Source: a virus | IMG/VR virus record: IMGVR_UViG_3300011972_000003 | Location: 1 to 64,000 of that record | Reading direction: 5' to 3' (one strand) | DNA: 64,000 nucleotides | Shown: piece after piece, positions 27,325-37,307 of the stretch | How the letters are laid out: every line of letters starts with the position of its first letter | Numbering within the stretch: position 1 is the first letter of the stretch | Translations under genes and position numbers: made by a program | Notes under the pieces: generated by a model | Told to the model about the DNA's origin: nothing | The model's database searches: none | What the model saw: only the letters and a program-made list of their open reading frames with translations

Positions 27325-30300
27325 TTATATTAGATCATCGTATTGGTTATCTAGTGGTCTACTTAGTTGTCTAAATCTAGCACCAATATTACTATCTCTA
27401 AAACTTGCATCTCCTCGACCAATTGGCCAAGAAATTCTTAAGTCGGCATTACTATATTGATTAGAGTCAGACCTAGGTGTACCAATCATAGTGAACGATC
27501 CATTAGGGTTAACTACATAAATACCTCCAAGAACTATATTTTCTTCGAAGTACTGAACAGGGGTTGAATTTAATCTCCACTCATTTACGTTAACAGTCTT
27601 GTAGTAACCACCGCCACCACCGATTCTATGGGATGGGTCTTTATATCCACCTCGGCCTGAACCTATTTCATCATACTCAGGTCGGTGAGGGGTTAAGCCA
27701 TCATCTTCACTATATCCTTCCCAAACTTTCTCCCAATCAACCCATACATGAGCTCGATGCAGAATATTCGTCAACTCTTCTAGGTAATCCGTACTAGATG
27801 TAATATCTTTAGTTAACTTCAGCTTACCGGTCTGAGGATCTCTTGTTAGGAACTTCTTGAATGCTTTAACGTGATCAAATTCCTCATCTTTCCAAGGCCA
27901 TCTTCCACTAATATTTAAGTAAGTGTCGTATTGAGCCCAATGTTGAGACGGCAATTTTAGAGGATTCGGAGTTCTACTGTAGTCATTTTCGTAATCCTTT
28001 AATGCGTTTTGGTAAGTAGTATAATCACTTCCGCCATTTATTCCAGAGTAGCTTAAGTCACCAGCTATTCTAGGGATTTCATCAGCTTCAACTGCAAAGT
28101 CTAAGAACTGTTTAAATCCAGACACATTTCTAAGTATCCACAGTTTTCCTGAACTCACCACTTGATTAGTTAATGGATTACTTAGAACAATCTCTGCCTT
28201 ACCATTCACTCTCTCATTAGTATCTGGATAACTCAAGTAAATAAGTCTATCATTAGGTCTAGATCCATTAATAACTCCCGCTATCTTACCTAAATAAGTT
28301 CCATCAGGCTGCTTAGTTAAAACTACATCCTTGAGGGTAGTTCTATTAGTTAAGTTAGCTAATTTAACTCCTACATCAGTTGTACCAGATATTGCATTAG
28401 TATTTGGAAGCGAAATTACATTCATCACGAACTTAATAGAGTCTGAATTAAACGGTGTGGATGGTTTAAATTTGAGAACTAAGTCCATTGAAGTAGTAAG
28501 AACTCTATTATCAAACAAGAACCAAGAACCTCTAGTACCTACTCCACTTCTGTTGGCTGGGACAGGTCTTACTTTTGTATCACCACCACCATAATGAATT
28601 TCTCTGTAAGTTAATCCGTAAGATCTTTCTGCAGGAATAAGGTCATATCTGAAGTCTCTCATATTAGTTAAGTCTAAGTATATTATATCCGTATACCTAA
28701 CATTCTTAACTCCATTAACTTCAACAGTATACATACCCCTAATTGCTAAGTTATTTGGATTAGATCTTCTAGTGATTAAGTAGTTCATGGTCATATCCTT
28801 AAGCTTAATACCTCCATCACTGCCGTATCTAAGGCTCCAAGGTACTAAAGCAGGGTTTTTACCATTCCACTGATTATCGAGATTGTTTCGGTCATCCATG
28901 TGAATAATCTCAAACCCAACGTCTTTAATTAATCCATTAGGGTCAACTGAATCATCATAAGATAATCCAAATCTAACTAAATTATTTTCCCCAATAACTT
29001 TAAATAGCGCGTTTCTATCTCTCCATTCCTGTTCATTTACCTTACCATTCGGCATTATATATCCCATCATGTTGGTTTGAAGTTGCTCCCACTCTTCTGA
29101 TGAACTTCCTGCACTTAAGTCATACGTCCACTCGGTCTTTTTAACGTCTTCATTGCTTGAGAATACTTTGAATCTCGCTTTAAATATCTTCGTAGCTCCA
29201 AAGAACAATAGACCTGCAGCATCCTCATTACCCATCAAGTTAACCAAGCTAATAACAAGTACCGCATTAGAATGTATCTTCAATTTAAACGACTTAATAG
29301 CAAGTAGAGGTACATTATTATAGTAAACATCTCCTCCTTGTGCATCTTTAGCTCTAGCTCTTACATCAAATCTAATCTCCTCAATATCTTTAGCATTATT
29401 AAGTTGAGCTGCTAATCCTACATAGTCAACTTTAACTTTATCTCCCTCAATCGTTATAAATGGTGCAAACTTTTGAGAGTCAGCTGGAAGGTTAACTATA
29501 GAATACTGAATCTTACTCTTATCAACTGCTCCCTGTACTTTTGGTTTTAACTCGTAAAGAACTGGAGCTGTAGGGTAAGCTTTGTACTCTTTATATGCTT
29601 TAGTGTAGTTTATATATTTATCTTCAACTGAGCTACTATCTTCCCAACTAATAGATTTAAACAAGTCCTTAAGGTTAATATTAGTTGTATAAGGGTCTGA
29701 CCAAGAGTTACTATCAAAGCCTATCTGGTCTGTATATATCCCTACTAATCTAATTGCTTGGTCTCCTGATAACTTCTTAAGGTCTACCAGCGAACTAATC
29801 CTCATCTTAATTGGAGTACCTACAGGATAAGCTTTATTAACTTGTAGCATCTCCTTAAGCTCTTTCGGTACTGTAGTAAACTTAACATGACTCGGAGTAA
29901 ACTTAAGATGTGCCCCTACGTAAAGAGTGTTAGGAGTTATTGTCATCTCGTAGTTATGGTTATTAGAGTCGTAGTTAAGGTCTATGGTATGCGCTACGTC
30001 TAAGATTTCAGGTTTTAAGATTCGTTTAAGGGTCACCTCTGTAGTTACAACGTTTGATGGTAATTCCTCTCCGTTATAGTCAGCAAAACCTTGAACCTTA
30101 ACCTCCATTGTCTCATTATCCTTAGCCTCTATATCCTGTTCAATGTGGTAGATTTTAGGGTTTTGAGCATCTTGAGTGAATCTTGGTGCACCTACTGCTG
30201 TCGCTCCAGTTACCACTAGTTTTTGCTTAAGTGTACCTGAATTGAATCTAATAGTCCCTGTTAAAGTTACGTTCTTATTAGGGTCAGTTGTTCTTCTTCC

Positions 30301-31605
30301 AATTACGAGTTTATCCATCTTAAGTAATGGTGGTATTCCTGCTAAAGCTACTGCATTCTTATCGATAACTATAGTGATACGCCCTCTCTTCTCTGAGTTT
30401 GCATTATATAGTTTAGAGTTAGGCTCATCTGTTGTATCTTTAAATATCGCAGGGAGCTTAGACTTATCGATTGTAGCTATTATATTTGTTGCATCTACTG
30501 TTACATTTATAGCGGTCTCAGGGATTTCTTTCCACTTACTATCATCCTCAGAGACAAACGCATTAGTGATAGAAGATATACCATGCCATTTTGAACCTAA
30601 GTTATGCGGAATCGTTACTGTAGTGTCTGAGAAGTTATTGATAGTGTAGATTCTAGTTATACTTCTATTATCCAAAACCTCCATCAATACCTCGTAGAAC
30701 TCCCTTAAAGATTTTGGTGTAACTACTGTCCCGTTTGTTCTTCTAAAAATTGGTATATCATTCTGGTTAACTGTACTCCAATCTGAGAAGTCCCCTATAT
30801 CCAGTTTCTTTAAATTCAGTACTCGCCCTTGTGTTGCAGCTAAGGCATCTCTAGAGTTTGTACTATTAAGGTGATCTACTACATTCCCAAACGACTTAAT
30901 AGAGGTAGTGAACGTAGCCATCATTTTCTCCATAATCCCTCTATAATCGTAAGGGTTACCACCTAAAACTTTCATATGGACTAGCTTGTTGGAATCCTCA
31001 AAGTAAGTCCCATTTCGATAAGCAGGTAAATTTTGAGCTACAGTGTCTAAGTAAGTATCTAGTGTAACTATAGTTGTAAGCTGCTCATCATCATAAGTTA
31101 TAGCAGCTCTATCCTCAGGTAGTAAGAATTTAGAGACGTCAACTGTTGGAGTATAGTACCCTTCCATTACAGCATCAGGAATATTAGCGTAAATACAAAT
31201 CTTAGCTACACTCCTTTCTGTAAATAGTTTACCTCCTGTTAATTCTTTGGATAGGAAAGCTGGTACATAATTACTAACTCCACTAGCTTTATATTTTATC
31301 AGAAACCCAACGAAGGACTTATTATAGAATCGATTAATGAACTCTAATTTGTAGTAGTCTCTGTCAATTCTATAAGCTGTAACTATATCTCCCGTCTCTC
31401 TAATTATATCGTTAAAAGACCCAGAAACTAACCTAAACTCATTCTCTACTTGTGCTGGTGTAGTTGATGAAGTTAAAGGTGTTCTGTTGGATGTTATATA
31501 GTCTACTTCAAGCCCTGTTAGTTTTATTTGGTTACCACTCTCCCTGTCTCGTTTAAATTGTAAGAAGGAAGAGGATGGTATTAATTTAATTTTATACTCG
31601 GTCAT
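27325..31605 (-). CDS. large distal tail or tail-fibre protein (1426 aa)
   Basis: Its size and its position at the distal end of the tail module. No catalytic motif seen. Confidence 0.5.
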   Translation of the reverse strand: MTEYKIKLIPSSSFLQFKRDRESGNQIKLTGLEVDYITSNRTPLTSSTTPAQVENEFRLVSGSFNDIIRETGDIVTAYRIDRDYYKLEFINRFYNKSFVGFLIKYKASGVSNYVPAFLSKELTGGKLFTERSVAKICIYANIPDAVMEGYYTPTVDVSKFLLPEDRAAITYDDEQLTTIVTLDTYLDTVAQNLPAYRNGTYFEDSNKLVHMKVLGGNPYDYRGIMEKMMATFTTSIKSFGNVVDHLNSTNSRDALAATQGRVLNLKKLDIGDFSDWSTVNQNDIPIFRRTNGTVVTPKSLREFYEVLMEVLDNRSITRIYTINNFSDTTVTIPHNLGSKWHGISSITNAFVSEDDSKWKEIPETAINVTVDATNIIATIDKSKLPAIFKDTTDEPNSKLYNANSEKRGRITIVIDKNAVALAGIPPLLKMDKLVIGRRTTDPNKNVTLTGTIRFNSGTLKQKLVVTGATAVGAPRFTQDAQNPKIYHIEQDIEAKDNETMEVKVQGFADYNGEELPSNVVTTEVTLKRILKPEILDVAHTIDLNYDSNNHNYEMTITPNTLYVGAHLKFTPSHVKFTTVPKELKEMLQVNKAYPVGTPIKMRISSLVDLKKLSGDQAIRLVGIYTDQIGFDSNSWSDPYTTNINLKDLFKSISWEDSSSVEDKYINYTKAYKEYKAYPTAPVLYELKPKVQGAVDKSKIQYSIVNLPADSQKFAPFITIEGDKVKVDYVGLAAQLNNAKDIEEIRFDVRARAKDAQGGDVYYNNVPLLAIKSFKLKIHSNAVLVISLVNLMGNEDAAGLLFFGATKIFKARFKVFSSNEDVKKTEWTYDLSAGSSSEEWEQLQTNMMGYIMPNGKVNEQEWRDRNALFKVIGENNLVRFGLSYDDSVDPNGLIKDVGFEIIHMDDRNNLDNQWNGKNPALVPWSLRYGSDGGIKLKDMTMNYLITRRSNPNNLAIRGMYTVEVNGVKNVRYTDIIYLDLTNMRDFRYDLIPAERSYGLTYREIHYGGGDTKVRPVPANRSGVGTRGSWFLFDNRVLTTSMDLVLKFKPSTPFNSDSIKFVMNVISLPNTNAISGTTDVGVKLANLTNRTTLKDVVLTKQPDGTYLGKIAGVINGSRPNDRLIYLSYPDTNERVNGKAEIVLSNPLTNQVVSSGKLWILRNVSGFKQFLDFAVEADEIPRIAGDLSYSGINGGSDYTTYQNALKDYENDYSRTPNPLKLPSQHWAQYDTYLNISGRWPWKDEEFDHVKAFKKFLTRDPQTGKLKLTKDITSSTDYLEELTNILHRAHVWVDWEKVWEGYSEDDGLTPHRPEYDEIGSGRGGYKDPSHRIGGGGGYYKTVNVNEWRLNSTPVQYFEENIVLGGIYVVNPNGSFTMIGTPRSDSNQYSNADLRISWPIGRGDASFRDSNIGARFRQLSRPLDNQYDDLI

Positions 31606-32948
31606 AACAGTTCTAATTTTATTTTACCATTAAGTTCGTCTCCTGTTTGTAAATAAAGTCTATGCCCTACTACTACAGGATTCTTTATGCTTTGATTTTC
31701 TTTTAATCTACTATGGGTGAATGGATCAGTATGTCCTAATTTTTCTACCAGCTGTTTCTTTTCTAGTATATACATCTGGTCAAAGTTAGGGTTGTCTATA
31801 TCAAAATAATCCACCATATCCTCATTCACTCTTAATATTATACTCTGGTCTAGGAACTTAAGCGTATCGTAATCATTCTTTGAAAATACCCTATAATTAT
31901 TAAACCCATTAATTACTAGTCTTAAGGTTTCTCTCCTATCTCCAAATATAAAAAATCCATTACAAATATCTACAAGTCTATAATCTTTTCCTAATTTGTG
32001 AGCGATTATCCTTGTATCTAGTTGTTCGTATATAGGAGTTAGTGAGCAGTTATATAATTGGTTTCCTTTGAATGATAAGATTTCTGACTGGTGGAGAACG
32101 TGCTTAACTTGAGGGTCATCCATTACTCCAATAAGCTTATGATCCAGTGTATATAGTTCCCGTCCTTTTGGGTAGAATCTAGAAGTTATAAGTTTTCTAT
32201 CTCCGGCTCCTAAAGTTACCTCTACAGACCCTCTACCTGAAGTTGTATCAATAGTTTCAAGGTCATCATACACACCAACAGTTATCCCAATATTCCCATT
32301 ACTTAATTCACTTACTGCATATACCTTCTGGTTGACAAAATCATACATCACCTCAGAGTTTTTATCTTTAAGTATGTATCTAGGGTATGGGTTATAACTA
32401 GCAATCATATCTTTATTTCTTAAGTGCAGCCCGTCAAAGTGTGTAGGCTTGTTCTTCTGATAGTAAAGGTCTAGGTCGTTATTGGTTACATCACTTCCAT
32501 AATAATACCTTTCAAATCTCTCTTTAGTTTCTCGTATTGTTAGTGATTTATATGGAGACTCTCTTTTATCATCAATTAAACTCTTATCAAACTCTAAACC
32601 TGAAAACAAAGGGAATAAATCCAGCTTAACTTCTCTCTTATCCGAAATCTTAGTTATTAGGACGTACTTCTCAACTTTGTATATCTTCAGTGGTGGGTTA
32701 ATGTAAATCCTAGAGAGAAATGAAGAAGTTTGGTCAGCGTAGTATTCTATAGCCGTTAAGTTTCTAATTCTCTCAGGATAAGGGATTTCTATGGTTGAGG
32801 TTATGATTAGAGTTTTATTCTCCCACCTCGTTTCTATATGCTCTTCAGTCCAAATATCCCCCTCCTCAAAAACCAACCTAGCAAATCTAAGGCTCCTGTT
32901 TAAGTCTTCTAAGGTCGTTGATGAACCTACTATCAGATTGTATATCAT
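31602..32948 (-). CDS. tail/baseplate structural protein (448 aa)
   Basis: ORF in the tail module with overlapping stop and start codons. Confidence 0.45.
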   Translation of the reverse strand: MIYNLIVGSSTTLEDLNRSLRFARLVFEEGDIWTEEHIETRWENKTLIITSTIEIPYPERIRNLTAIEYYADQTSSFLSRIYINPPLKIYKVEKYVLITKISDKREVKLDLFPLFSGLEFDKSLIDDKRESPYKSLTIRETKERFERYYYGSDVTNNDLDLYYQKNKPTHFDGLHLRNKDMIASYNPYPRYILKDKNSEVMYDFVNQKVYAVSELSNGNIGITVGVYDDLETIDTTSGRGSVEVTLGAGDRKLITSRFYPKGRELYTLDHKLIGVMDDPQVKHVLHQSEILSFKGNQLYNCSLTPIYEQLDTRIIAHKLGKDYRLVDICNGFFIFGDRRETLRLVINGFNNYRVFSKNDYDTLKFLDQSIILRVNEDMVDYFDIDNPNFDQMYILEKKQLVEKLGHTDPFTHSRLKENQSIKNPVVVGHRLYLQTGDELNGKIKLELL

Positions 32949-32955
32949 GTTCTTC

Positions 32956-33465
32956 TTAGTTCAAAATGTAAGCGTCTGTAATAAATATCTTCTTCTTAGG
33001 GTCTCTTGATTTAATATGCAACACTCCCTCAACAATAACAGCATCTACCCCAAAATCCTCAGGTAAGTCTATTATAATATTCTCTGTTTCCTCTGGGTGG
33101 TAGTAAATGTATATCGGTCTTGTTTCAGTAAGTTTAAATAAGTATAACCCCTCTCCTAGTCTAAATGTAGTAAAGTTGAAGTAAGTATTTTTTATATTAT
33201 TTAGCACTATTCTTGTTACATGCCCTAGTCTATTCAAGTAGTATTCAGCAGTTCTTAGAGTTTCTCCCACCCCGTAAAAAGTATTCTCCCACAAAGGTTT
33301 TAAAGTATCGTAATCTGAGTTCTCTATCTTCTGAATCTTTGTATCGTCTATAGGCTTAATTTTTGTCTTCTCTAGCTCTGGAAAATTAACTTTAGTAACA
33401 TAAGTGCCATAAACGTAAGGTCTTCTTGTAGGGTATATTAATTGTTCAAAATCTCGGTTAGCCAT
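32956..33465 (-). CDS. tail/baseplate protein (169 aa)
   Basis: ORF in the tail module. Confidence 0.4.
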   Translation of the reverse strand: MANRDFEQLIYPTRRPYVYGTYVTKVNFPELEKTKIKPIDDTKIQKIENSDYDTLKPLWENTFYGVGETLRTAEYYLNRLGHVTRIVLNNIKNTYFNFTTFRLGEGLYLFKLTETRPIYIYYHPEETENIIIDLPEDFGVDAVIVEGVLHIKSRDPKKKIFITDAYILN

Positions 33466-34291
33466 ATACTAAAATCTTCTTAATGTTCTCAGGTAGGGTT
33501 GTTATATCTTTTCTCGTTCCTGTTATAGACTTTTGAGTTGTCCCTTCCATGTAGATTAGGGTTATAAAATCATTAGGCTCTACATTCTCTATTCTGTCAT
33601 ACACTTTAAACCCTTTCTCTTTGGACATTATCGAGTTGGTGGTAGTATTCATAAAGTGTGCCATCTCGACTATAGAGTTTATCATGTAGTTTATTCTATT
33701 CGCCACCGGTAACACATTTGCTGCATTTAAGTGTACAACCTTCCATGGAGTCCAACCTGATACTACTCTATTAATAACTGGTGAATTGGATGTTCTTATT
33801 GCAAGGTATTCATCTGTTATAAGCTCCTGTACAATATAATCATCACTCCCTTCAATAACTCTTAAGTAACAAGTCTCACCTACCGGATTCTCTACTATAT
33901 TCAGCGGCATCTTTGGGTTTCTATATATCCCTGGGCTTGTTATTACCTCTAAATCAACTGAAGAAATATCTAAGCTGTCTCCTAGTTTTGTGTAGTGGTT
34001 AATTACCTGCCTTAGTATTCCTGCATTAAGTGGTCGCATGTCAGAGTAAGAGGAGGTCAAATATTCATCAAAAGTGTTTATCATTCCATCTGCTTCTCCT
34101 GTTAAATCATGCAAAGGTCTAAAATGCAGGAGGTTGTTTGGCAGGATAGTACCTAAGTCTTCTCTTGCCATATCTGAGTGACACCTGTAGGCTAATTCAT
34201 CATAGATCACAATATCCCCAATTTCATAGATGTGTTCAGGGTTGTAATCAAATAGTCCATAGTATCTTTTCTCACTTGTCTTTAATCTCAT
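33458..34291 (-). CDS. tail/baseplate protein (277 aa)
   Basis: ORF in the tail module. Confidence 0.4.
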   Translation of the reverse strand: MRLKTSEKRYYGLFDYNPEHIYEIGDIVIYDELAYRCHSDMAREDLGTILPNNLLHFRPLHDLTGEADGMINTFDEYLTSSYSDMRPLNAGILRQVINHYTKLGDSLDISSVDLEVITSPGIYRNPKMPLNIVENPVGETCYLRVIEGSDDYIVQELITDEYLAIRTSNSPVINRVVSGWTPWKVVHLNAANVLPVANRINYMINSIVEMAHFMNTTTNSIMSKEKGFKVYDRIENVEPNDFITLIYMEGTTQKSITGTRKDITTLPENIKKILVYG

Positions 34292-35135
34292 AGCTTCCTA
34301 TTTGTAGTGGGTGGTAAATGTTATTGTCAATTAGAGAGGTGATTTTAAGTTTTCCATATGTGAGAGTTATACCTTTAGGATACGATACCCCCCATCTCCA
34401 CTTATCATCAATCTTCTCTGTATTTTCTCTAGCTTCTACCGTTAATTTAAGTTCATTTCGTTTATCATAAAATCCCTGCTTGCTTGCCTTTATGTGATTA
34501 GCCTCTACTATCTTCTCTCTAAGGTAAGCTGATGACACCACTTCTTTCTTTAAAATTTCATCTCTACCTACTTTTACTACCGATGCAGATTTTAGAGCTT
34601 TATGGTAGTCTATTATATTATCATCATTCTGGAAGTTAGCGGATTGGATTCTTACTACTTTATAACTCTTCAGCTCCTCTCTCGCTCCCTTTGAATAATC
34701 CTCTATAACATACCTAAATAGTGGCTCATCCTTAGTTACCTCCTCTTCTTTGGTTGATTCTATTTCGTAAAGGGTAACTGTATGCTCATCGTTCTTTAAG
34801 TAGAGGTTTAGGATATAGTAGAACTTGTTAGGATCTGTAGAATGTGGAACTTGTATAAACTCAAAGCTCTCCTCCATAGAATCAGCTATATCTTGAGGGT
34901 TATCTAAAATTACTCCTTCTATATAACTCCCTTTTGTTTGGTCTAATGCTACTCTATCTAGTACACTTCTCCCTTCTAATCCGTATCTCGTTAAGTAAGT
35001 GTGGTAATCGATGAAGTAAGAAGTATCAACCCTCCTAAGTATTCTCGAAGTACCATCTGAAGCTGCAATGTGAATATAGTTAGCTCCGTGTAAGGGTTTG
35101 TCTGATTTTACGCTATAGTCTACTCCGTCTGCCAT
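34272..35135 (-). CDS. tail/baseplate protein (287 aa)
   Basis: ORF in the tail module. Confidence 0.4.
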   Translation of the reverse strand: MADGVDYSVKSDKPLHGANYIHIAASDGTSRILRRVDTSYFIDYHTYLTRYGLEGRSVLDRVALDQTKGSYIEGVILDNPQDIADSMEESFEFIQVPHSTDPNKFYYILNLYLKNDEHTVTLYEIESTKEEEVTKDEPLFRYVIEDYSKGAREELKSYKVVRIQSANFQNDDNIIDYHKALKSASVVKVGRDEILKKEVVSSAYLREKIVEANHIKASKQGFYDKRNELKLTVEARENTEKIDDKWRWGVSYPKGITLTYGKLKITSLIDNNIYHPLQIGSYEIKDK

Positions 35136-35668
35136 TGTATATTTGCTTCTATTCGTGTAAATTTATCTAGTAAAACTCTCGCTGTAGTATTATTCTCAAC
35201 CTCCAGTATATGTCTAAGCTCTTTAATAAGCATGTCTAAACTCGTAAAGTAAAGCTCAAAGTTAAGAAGGTCAGAGATAAGAGTAAGCAAGAGATCTAGG
35301 TTTGTTCCTTTGTATGTTACCTTGAAGTGAGCTTTTAGTTTCAACTGTTCTGGACTATATTCAAATCCATCAGGCTCAGTAAACTCAATGTGTAAATACT
35401 TCTCTATAATCTCTTTAACTCTATATGTCCCTTTTGAAGCTAAGAAGTCTGCCAGTATATAGTTAGTTGTTGGTTTGTCGTATTCTCCTAAAAGATCTAA
35501 ACACTCCATTAACTTTTGTACAGCAGGAACCTCAAAGCTCTTATCTATCGGTAGTTTACTTAGGGATAATAATAGTGACTCCCCTTCTTTAGTAAACCCA
35601 CCATATAACTTCAAAAAATCTTGGTAGAGCTTATAGTTCAGCAGTTCATTATCTAGTGGTAAAAGCAT
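35120..35668 (-). CDS. baseplate protein (182 aa, gpI-like by position)
   Basis: Position downstream of the J-like candidate. Confidence 0.35.
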   Translation of the reverse strand: MLLPLDNELLNYKLYQDFLKLYGGFTKEGESLLLSLSKLPIDKSFEVPAVQKLMECLDLLGEYDKPTTNYILADFLASKGTYRVKEIIEKYLHIEFTEPDGFEYSPEQLKLKAHFKVTYKGTNLDLLLTLISDLLNFELYFTSLDMLIKELRHILEVENNTTARVLLDKFTRIEANIQWQTE

Positions 35669-36998
35669 CTTGTTCTACGTTAATATTATGGTTAAATCTT
35701 ACAAACTTAGGTACAGCATTAGAAGTAAGGTCATTCAACTGTTCCATCTGTGCTCTAATTGCAGGGTCTATTGTTAAGGTTACATATTTTACACCCTCAA
35801 GTTTAGAAAGAGCAGAGTGTATATCATCTTGTCTTACTCCCTTTACAATCTTTCTCTCATAGGTCTTAAGTACTTCTCTAATCGATTCTTTTGTAATATG
35901 CTCAACTGAAAGGTAAGTCTTAACATCAATAAGTATAGGTACAACAAGTTCAATAGCAGGTGAAGCTGAAGGTATCTCTCCTAAGTAATAACTCCTATCT
36001 ATCTCAGTTTTAAAGTTATCCATCTCTACTCCAGAAACCTCTCCCACACCTTCTGATAATACGTAATAAATGTGTAGTCTGTTATTTGCTGCATTCCAAG
36101 TGTGTGAGGCGTCTGCTACTGAGGTTACTAAGGTTGCTCTAAATAAATCTACTATATCGGTATTACTCTTCATCACCCCATTTGAAAAGATCTGAGCCTT
36201 AGCATTGTATTCTATATCTCTGGCAACTTCTTTAGGTATAATAGGCTCAACTAATCTACAAGACTCAAACCTCATACCGTTAATCTGAATTGAAGCTGAT
36301 GAGTTAAGGATGGTTGATTCAAGGAGTTTAAAATCGTCAAAGAAAGGATAAGACTCTACCTCATATTTCTCTGCTGACTTAAACTGGTCTCTCTTATAAA
36401 TCCTAACCCCATAATCCTGAGTAGTAAGTGTAAAGAGTATATTGGAGTCCTTTCTGTCTATGTGGTTTTTAAAGACTCTTGTTGTGTCATAGTAAGTACT
36501 CGCTAAAGCATCTACCCTTCTAACTCTAATGTCTTCCGATAAACCTGTCTGTCCTAATTCAATATAAAAACCAGTCTCTCCTGAAAACTCCTCTACTTTC
36601 TTTCTCCCTCCAGCTACCATTACCTTAAGAGTCGTCAAATTATTTAAGTCTTCTATAACCTCCTTGTCTTCAGCTGAATATAAGTAGTAATCGCCACTCT
36701 CATATACAACATCCCCTATCTCGTAATTTTTAGCTTTAGTGGCATAGAATTTAACCTCAACAACTGGATTCTTCCCTCTATAAACTGAGTACATTCTATC
36801 CATTGCGTGTTGTATCTTAGAGGAGAGGAAGTTAGAGTTTGTAAGTGACTGTTCTTTTGTGTATTTAAGTAAGTTTAGTTCGCTTGTGTAAAGGGCATAA
36901 GCTATCATATTAGTAAGGATCGTAACGTGGTCTCCCTGTATTTGTAAATCTGATGCTAACTTCCCGATACTTGCTTTATAATCATCGATCGATCTCAT
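35649..36998 (-). CDS. baseplate wedge protein candidate (449 aa, gpJ/gp6-like by position and size)
   Basis: Position after the gpW-sized ORF. No motif confirmed. Confidence 0.4.
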   Translation of the reverse strand: MRSIDDYKASIGKLASDLQIQGDHVTILTNMIAYALYTSELNLLKYTKEQSLTNSNFLSSKIQHAMDRMYSVYRGKNPVVEVKFYATKAKNYEIGDVVYESGDYYLYSAEDKEVIEDLNNLTTLKVMVAGGRKKVEEFSGETGFYIELGQTGLSEDIRVRRVDALASTYYDTTRVFKNHIDRKDSNILFTLTTQDYGVRIYKRDQFKSAEKYEVESYPFFDDFKLLESTILNSSASIQINGMRFESCRLVEPIIPKEVARDIEYNAKAQIFSNGVMKSNTDIVDLFRATLVTSVADASHTWNAANNRLHIYYVLSEGVGEVSGVEMDNFKTEIDRSYYLGEIPSASPAIELVVPILIDVKTYLSVEHITKESIREVLKTYERKIVKGVRQDDIHSALSKLEGVKYVTLTIDPAIRAQMEQLNDLTSNAVPKFVRFNHNINVEQDAFTTR

Positions 36999-37299
36999 GT
37001 GTCTCTATATTATCTCCATTTGTTAAGGTTACTATAATTGTGCTCTCAGTCATATCTATTCCATCTACACTTAGGTTACATCCATTACGCTCATTGAAAA
37101 TATCGATAAACCTAATAATCCTCTGACCAATAAACTCCCTAGATGAAGAAAGGTCTAACCCGTCTACTATCTTGTTAAATCCAAAGTCATTATCTAGAGG
37201 GACTGACCAGCTGTTAATTTTAAGCTCTACCTCCATTGCATCTCTAATATAACTGAGCTTACTTGGTGCAAATGAGCCGTCTGATTGTAAGTATTTCAT
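36982..37299 (-). CDS. small baseplate protein (105 aa, gpW/gp25-like by size and position)
   Basis: Size and synteny only. Confidence 0.3.
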   Translation of the reverse strand: MKYLQSDGSFAPSKLSYIRDAMEVELKINSWSVPLDNDFGFNKIVDGLDLSSSREFIGQRIIRFIDIFNERNGCNLSVDGIDMTESTIIVTLTNGDNIETHEIDR

Positions 37300-37307
37300 A
37301 AGTTGTT